From: a virus
Lineage: Duplodnaviria > Caudoviricetes
DNA: 30,764 bases
Virus record (IMG/VR): IMGVR_UViG_3300017780_001837
Location: 1-30,764 of that record
Reading direction: 5' to 3' (one strand)
The notes beneath the pieces are model-generated. The model did no database searches and was not told where the DNA came from. It saw only the letters and a program-made list of their open reading frames with translations. A program made the position numbers and the translations under genes. This document shows positions 27,368 through 30,764 of the stretch, one piece after another (the stretch's first letter is position 1; every line of letters begins with the position of its first letter).

Positions 27368-27394
27368 AGACCCCCTAACCGGGGTCTTTTTTTT
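27368..27394 (+). terminator. Rho-independent terminator of the rightward arm
   Basis: AGACCCC-CTAACC-GGGGTCT stem followed by a T run. Confidence 0.85.
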
Positions 27395-27600
27395 GGTCAA
27401 AAGTTTAAAAACCTGCCTGAAATCCAGAAATGCCCTGGTCAACAAAAACAAAGGTCTAAAAAAATTGAGGGGGGGGGTCTTTTATTTCTACAGAAATTTC
27501 CATTTTTTTGGGTCAACGAGGGGGGTCAACAGGGGGGGGCAATAAGGGTTTACCCCCATAGAATCACATAAAACAGCTCAAAACAGCTTAAAACAGCCTA
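27395..27600. repeat. Non-coding block: GGTCAA x4, G-tracts (G4 motif 27510-27548), AAAACAGC x3 at 10-bp period
   Basis: GGTCAA at 27395, 27437, 27511 and 27524; G9 at 27469; AAAACAGC at 27570, 27580 and 27590. Confidence 0.8.
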
Positions 27601-27703
27601 CAATCGCACAATGCATATGTATGCACCATAGGTGGCAGAAACCCCGAAAAGTGCCCTAAAAGCCCGTTAAATGCCTTTGATGTATGGTTTTACAGTGAGA
27701 CAG

Positions 27704-27757
27704 GCTACCGCCTAGCCCTAGGGGGCTATCAATCGAAAACGCTACCGCCTAACCCTA
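27704..27757. repeat. 17-bp direct repeat GCTACCGCCTA(G/A)CCCTA; the first copy overlaps the inverted repeat TAGCCC-TAGG-GGGCTA
   Basis: Copies at 27704-27720 and 27741-27757, one mismatch. Confidence 0.8.
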
Positions 27758-27802
27758 TCGGTTATTAATCGGGAAAGCTTCGCCCCAGCGTTATCGCCAA
27801 AA

Positions 27803-27829
27803 GAAAAACAAAAAAGCCCCGAAGGGCTT
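27803..27829 (-). terminator. Rho-independent terminator of the leftward small-gene operon
   Basis: Minus strand AAGCCC-UUCG-GGGCUU (cUUCGg tetraloop) followed by a U-rich run; abuts the stop codon. Confidence 0.88.
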
Positions 27830-28082
27830 ATCGTTTGAAGTCTGATTCGGTCATTGATAGGATGAATTCACAAGGATCATCCATAAATTCATAGACTTCA
27901 TCTATTCGCCGCCTTAGGGCTATCACTTCATCATCATTGAATAGTTGCCCTTGATCATTGATAACTATTGCCGGGTCATCTTCAGGATGAAACAACAATC
28001 CATCTTGATCAAGACAAAAGAAGAAACCCTCACAATCTGCAAAGGTCGTTAGGGGTTCCAAAAAATAGGGTTTCATGGTCAT
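27828..28082 (-). CDS. Acidic hypothetical early-type protein
   Basis: 'L..DGLLFHPEDDP..VI.....LF...E...L...IDEVY....DPC'; last gene before the terminator. Confidence 0.65.
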   Translation of the reverse strand: MTMKPYFLEPLTTFADCEGFFFCLDQDGLLFHPEDDPAIVINDQGQLFNDDEVIALRRRIDEVYEFMDDPCEFILSMTESDFKR

Positions 28083-28276
28083 CCCCTAATGAAATCATGG
28101 ATGAAGACTTCAAGGATATCAACCCTTTCTAAGTGCTCAAAATCCCCGTTAGCATCATTCCATGCTATCGCCTTTCTGAGCTCTTCAGTAGGTGCTTTAT
28201 AGATGATCCATGCATCATCCGGGACACCATGGAATAACCGGATCAATTGACCCTCTTTAAAATCATATGAAATCAT
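28079..28276 (-). CDS. Hypothetical early-type protein
   Basis: ATGA-coupled; 'WND.NGDF' motif. Confidence 0.6.
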   Translation of the reverse strand: MISYDFKEGQLIRLFHGVPDDAWIIYKAPTEELRKAIAWNDANGDFEHLERVDILEVFIHDFIRG

Positions 28277-28353
28277 TTTTTTGCCCTTTGTCTAAATTCT
28301 TCAGTTAATAAAACAAGCTTCGCCCTAGCAATTAATGCAAGTAATTTATTCAT
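28273..28353 (-). CDS. 26-aa peptide (MNKLLALIARAKLVLLTEEFRQRAKK), absent from the track
   Basis: Fills the gap with overlapping start and stop codons on both sides. Confidence 0.4.
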   Translation of the reverse strand: MNKLLALIARAKLVLLTEEFRQRAKK

Positions 28354-28507
28354 AATCAAACCAATCATCCTCATCAAATGGTTCATGATAAAAGTATGAT
28401 GAAGCTTCTAGTTTATTCCAACCAAAATGCTTTATTAGATAATTTATTCTGTTTTCCCAATCGTTTGGGAATTCATCATATGAAGTGTAAATATCAAGGG
28501 TTTTCAT
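28346..28507 (-). CDS. 53-aa acidic aromatic protein (MKTLDIYTSYDEF...FDEDDWFDYE), absent from the track
   Basis: ATG begins 2 nt from the GP88-like stop; AAGG upstream. Confidence 0.5.
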   Translation of the reverse strand: MKTLDIYTSYDEFPNDWENRINYLIKHFGWNKLEASSYFYHEPFDEDDWFDYE

Positions 28508-28508
28508 A

Positions 28509-29156
28509 TTAGACCTTAATTAATCGGATAACTTTGCCCATTTTCTTACCATGGGCAGGGTAAGCAATTAGAGGGATTGATTTATCCCAGCATGCACGGC
28601 ATCCGGAGCAATTACCCCCATTAGCATATGCTTCGCATAATTGGATACCTTCAGAAGCTTTGAATGTCTCAGGATCTGGCCCAATTACTGAGCCATGCAG
28701 ACCGGGGATATATTCGCCAATAACGCTATCAGAAGAGAATCTAACCATTACGTTTTGCAAGCTTTGCATTTCCCGCAAAACTAGGGCAAATTTAGGGAAT
28801 TTGTGCATTCTTGTTGGTAGCCAATGCTTACACCATGGTGTCCGGATCATTACTTCGAGCATTTTTTCGGCAAGACCTAAAGAATACATATCGCCCGAAT
28901 CAAACCAACGAAAATATCGGTCTTGGTCTAACTCTTCCACCATTTCATCAACCCAATCAAGACGCTGCCAATCTTCACGATTGGACAATCTAGGGGCTTT
29001 TACATTAGGATAGTTATAGTTACCTGTAGTGGCATAGCATCCCTTGCATGCATCAACTAATACACCCGGACTAGACAATGATCCGGGACAAGTGTCTAAA
29101 GCCTGAAGAGACCACGAACGAGCATTAAGCTTTGAAGTGTTGGATATTTTGATCAT
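28509..29156 (-). CDS. GP88-like Cys-rich protein (possible Fe-S / radical-SAM-like fold)
   Basis: 'S.TSKL...SWSL.A..TCPG......C.GCYA..G.Y', 'FRWFDSGD', 'HWLPTR', 'VRFS' and C-terminal 'C.AY...NCSGCRACW'. Confidence 0.7.
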   Translation of the reverse strand: MIKISNTSKLNARSWSLQALDTCPGSLSSPGVLVDACKGCYATTGNYNYPNVKAPRLSNREDWQRLDWVDEMVEELDQDRYFRWFDSGDMYSLGLAEKMLEVMIRTPWCKHWLPTRMHKFPKFALVLREMQSLQNVMVRFSSDSVIGEYIPGLHGSVIGPDPETFKASEGIQLCEAYANGGNCSGCRACWDKSIPLIAYPAHGKKMGKVIRLIKV

Positions 29157-29178
29157 TACATTTCCAATTAGTGAAGAT

Positions 29179-29466
29179 TTATTTAATGTGAATTACTTGA
29201 AAATGGTTTTTCAAGTATTCAATTGGGTTATTAAACATGGCATCAAGCAAGTTTTTGGGTTTTGGTTGATCAACCCAGCGGATGGAAAAAATGCGGGTCT
29301 TGGTTTGATCAATTGCTTTTTGTTCATAAAAACGATTCATCAAAATGCACATAATTTTTGTGTGGCATCTTTTGTCAATATTGCATTGTGTTAATGCGCC
29401 TTTATGGGTTTTGTAACCCTTAGGATTTCCAACAATGTCACCGTTACAGTCAAAGATAAAAAACAT
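29179..29466 (-). CDS. Hypothetical early-type protein
   Basis: ATG at 29466; 'IFDCNG.IVGNPKGY.T.KGA'. Confidence 0.6.
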   Translation of the reverse strand: MFFIFDCNGDIVGNPKGYKTHKGALTQCNIDKRCHTKIMCILMNRFYEQKAIDQTKTRIFSIRWVDQPKPKNLLDAMFNNPIEYLKNHFQVIHIK

Positions 29467-29468
29467 AA

Positions 29469-29564
29469 TCAACCCCCGTAAATGATGAAAAAAAGAACAA
29501 ATGGTGCGCCGATAGTTGCAGCGAAGATAGTGGCATGCATCAAGTCAATAAAAAATCTTTTCAT
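29469..29564 (-). CDS. 31-aa single-TM peptide (MKRFFIDLMHATIFAATIGAPFVLFFIIYGG), absent from the track
   Basis: GGGGA RBS; hydrophobic; fills the gap. Confidence 0.55.
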   Translation of the reverse strand: MKRFFIDLMHATIFAATIGAPFVLFFIIYGG

Positions 29565-29566
29565 GA

Positions 29567-29842
29567 TCAATCCCCTAAACGATGTGCATCTCGTGAAGGG
29601 TCAAAAGATGATGCGTCTTCATCTTGGAAATCCGCAATGATGGCGGGTTCGATAGCGTCTTGAAGCTCTGACAGGTCATCTTCAGTCAAGAGATCTAACA
29701 CGCTAGTGCCATCCAACATGGCATCATCTAATTGGGTCTTATAGATCCCATCTTCATCCATCCATGCGCTACCTTCAACCCATAGGTGAGCATTGCGGAT
29801 CTTGTATTCGAATTCTGTTTTAACGTCTGGCCTAGTGATCAT
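29567..29842 (-). CDS. Acidic hypothetical protein, first gene of the leftward small-gene operon
   Basis: ATG at 29842 with AAGGA RBS; Asp/Glu-rich C-terminal half. Confidence 0.6.
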   Translation of the reverse strand: MITRPDVKTEFEYKIRNAHLWVEGSAWMDEDGIYKTQLDDAMLDGTSVLDLLTEDDLSELQDAIEPAIIADFQDEDASSFDPSRDAHRLGD

Positions 29843-29912
29843 GATGGTCCTTTGTTGGTGATTGTGATTTAAAAATTGCGCCTTGGGAGTGATTGTGTTT
29901 GGGCGCATCTAT

Positions 29913-29956
29913 ATTTTAGCGATTGTCTATAGTTTTCTTCTAGGTGTTTTCCCTAG
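29913..29956 (-). promoter_or_regulatory. Leftward promoter: palindrome copy CTAGGG-AAAA-CACCTA 22 bp upstream of -10 TAAAAT
   Basis: Motif at 29941-29956; TAAAAT at 29913-29918 (minus strand); no good -35. Confidence 0.55.
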
Positions 29957-30004
29957 GTCTAACATCTATTTTTACTTCAAGTGAAATCAAATGTAAGCAT
30001 GCAT

Positions 30005-30024
30005 TGTGTATAACTTGTGGATAA
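30005..30024 (-). promoter_or_regulatory. Two tandem DnaA boxes (TTATACACA and TTATCCACA on the minus strand)
   Basis: TGTGTATAA at 30005-30013 and TGTGGATAA at 30016-30024; both match TTATNCACA; 11-bp period. Confidence 0.6.
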
Positions 30025-30272
30025 CTTTGGGTTGTTTGAGTAGGCGGAAATCCGGTCTAGAGCATGGCAAAAAAAGAAAAGAAAAAGAAACCCAATTCCC
30101 TGCAAAGCCAATGTACATAAAGGATACAAGAGACAAGAGACAAGCTTCAAGGTTTCCAGCGTCTGACTATTCCAGACACTACAAAACACTGGAAAACATC
30201 AAAGTGATTGGGCCCTTGCCCGCATGCTTATTTACAGCCTCTACAGAGTGAGAATAGACCCTGATGGCTACT

Positions 30273-30333
30273 ACCCCCCTAGGAATATCTAGACCCCCCT
30301 AGAATCGCGTCCTAGTGCGTTTAACCCCCCTAG
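30273..30333. repeat. Three perfect ACCCCCCTAG 10-mers
   Basis: At 30273, 30293 and 30324, with an additional CCTAG at 30311. Confidence 0.85.
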
Positions 30334-30558
30334 ATTACGGAGGGGGTAGGCCTGGACCAGGAGCAAAAAGAGGGGGCCCACTCCCCCATTCCCAAATTTT
30401 CTACAAAAACTTTTCCACCCAATACACATAACCCAAACCTAATATAAACCAACGTATTACATAACATGCTCTAGAAGCGGAAAAGTGCGGTTAAACACGG
30501 GTTTATACAAAGGTTTGCCCAACAGAAATGTAGTACTTGGAGTCCTGTATAAATTTTT

Positions 30559-30587
30559 TTGCTCAAAACTTTTCAGGTTGCTAGAAT
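30559..30587 (+). promoter_or_regulatory. Sigma70-type promoter TTGCTC-N17-TAGAAT (also extended -10)
   Basis: -35 at 30559-30564, -10 at 30582-30587 preceded by TGn; AT-rich UP-like tract upstream. Confidence 0.6.
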
Positions 30588-30593
30588 GCGGTC

Positions 30594-30642
30594 GGTGGTT
30601 AAGCAGTGAAAGCTGTAGGGCTGGGGGATCTCGGTTGCCACC
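30594..30642 (+). ncRNA. Candidate three-way-junction leader RNA
   Basis: GGUGGU/GCCACC closing stem; GCAGU-GAAA-GCUGU and GGCUGGG-GGAU-CUCGGUU hairpins; begins 6 nt after the -10. Confidence 0.35.
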
Positions 30643-30661
30643 TACTATTGAAAGGCAATGT

Positions 30662-30764
30662 ATGAATCACGAGTGGACGCTCTCACATCCGCTGCATGAT
30701 GTGGATGACATCGTTGAGTTGGCTGACAGTGTGTTTGGCAGGGAAGCTGATGGGATTCTTACCA
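30662..30764 (+). CDS. Truncated CDS (MNHEWTLSHPLHDVDDIVELADSVFGREADGILT...), possibly GNAT-like
   Basis: AAAGG upstream; open to the window edge. The 'DV..IV.LA...F' helix is only reminiscent of GNAT N-termini. Confidence 0.4.
   Translation, partial: MNHEWTLSHPLHDVDDIVELADSVFGREADGILT

Noticed and set aside
27360-27545. 61-aa ORF in the track
   Set aside because: Runs through a terminator and homopolymer tracts, has no RBS, and is likely spurious.
27484-27757. CRISPR mini-array (ATTTCTAC resembles the Cas12a repeat start; 17-bp direct repeat)
   Set aside because: No regularly spaced repeats of CRISPR length, no full repeat hairpin and no cas genes.
29977-30251. Overlapping 70-aa (-) and 81-aa (+) ORFs
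   Set aside because: Non-ATG or weak starts, low-complexity sequence, and overlap with DnaA boxes; treated as non-coding, although a small gene cannot be excluded.
17431-30642. tRNA genes or known self-cleaving ribozymes among the structured intergenic segments
   Set aside because: No cloverleaf with T-loop GTTC, and no hammerhead, twister, pistol or HDV core recognised by eye; an Infernal/tRNAscan run would be needed to exclude them formally.

Overview
A 30.8 kb piece of a tailed dsDNA phage genome, probably podovirus-like with a Gram-negative host. Terminase, portal, capsid, integrase and repressor genes are not recognisable in this window. Layout: (1) 1-14846 (+) is a virion module with a head-tail adaptor, two collagen-like fibre proteins, a lipoprotein, a GT2-TPR glycosyltransferase, a nozzle, a third fibre/spike with its chaperone and five probable ejection/internal proteins. 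(2) 14849-16911 (+) is a lysis cassette with five membrane proteins and a GH19 endolysin. (3) 16887-18894 (-) is a recombination arm with ERF, an SSB-like protein and DUF3310. (4) 19005-27346 (+) is a replication/accessory arm with an HTH initiator carrying iterons, an SF4 helicase, RusA, a TGT/DpdA-like transglycosylase coupled to a YhhQ/VUT preQ0/preQ1-type transporter, an atypical C5-methyltransferase, a Ref-like HNH nuclease and a ferritin/Dps-like protein. (5) 27828-29842 (-) is a small-gene, early-type operon bracketed by two repeat-rich non-coding blocks. The most notable candidates are a salvage-type 7-deazaguanine modification pair, a fibre glycosylation system, a recurrent 16-bp palindrome at a class II activator position, three structured RNA leaders, and terminal-region signals (G4 motif, phased repeats, tandem DnaA boxes). 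All family assignments come from recognising motifs by eye; no database searches were run.
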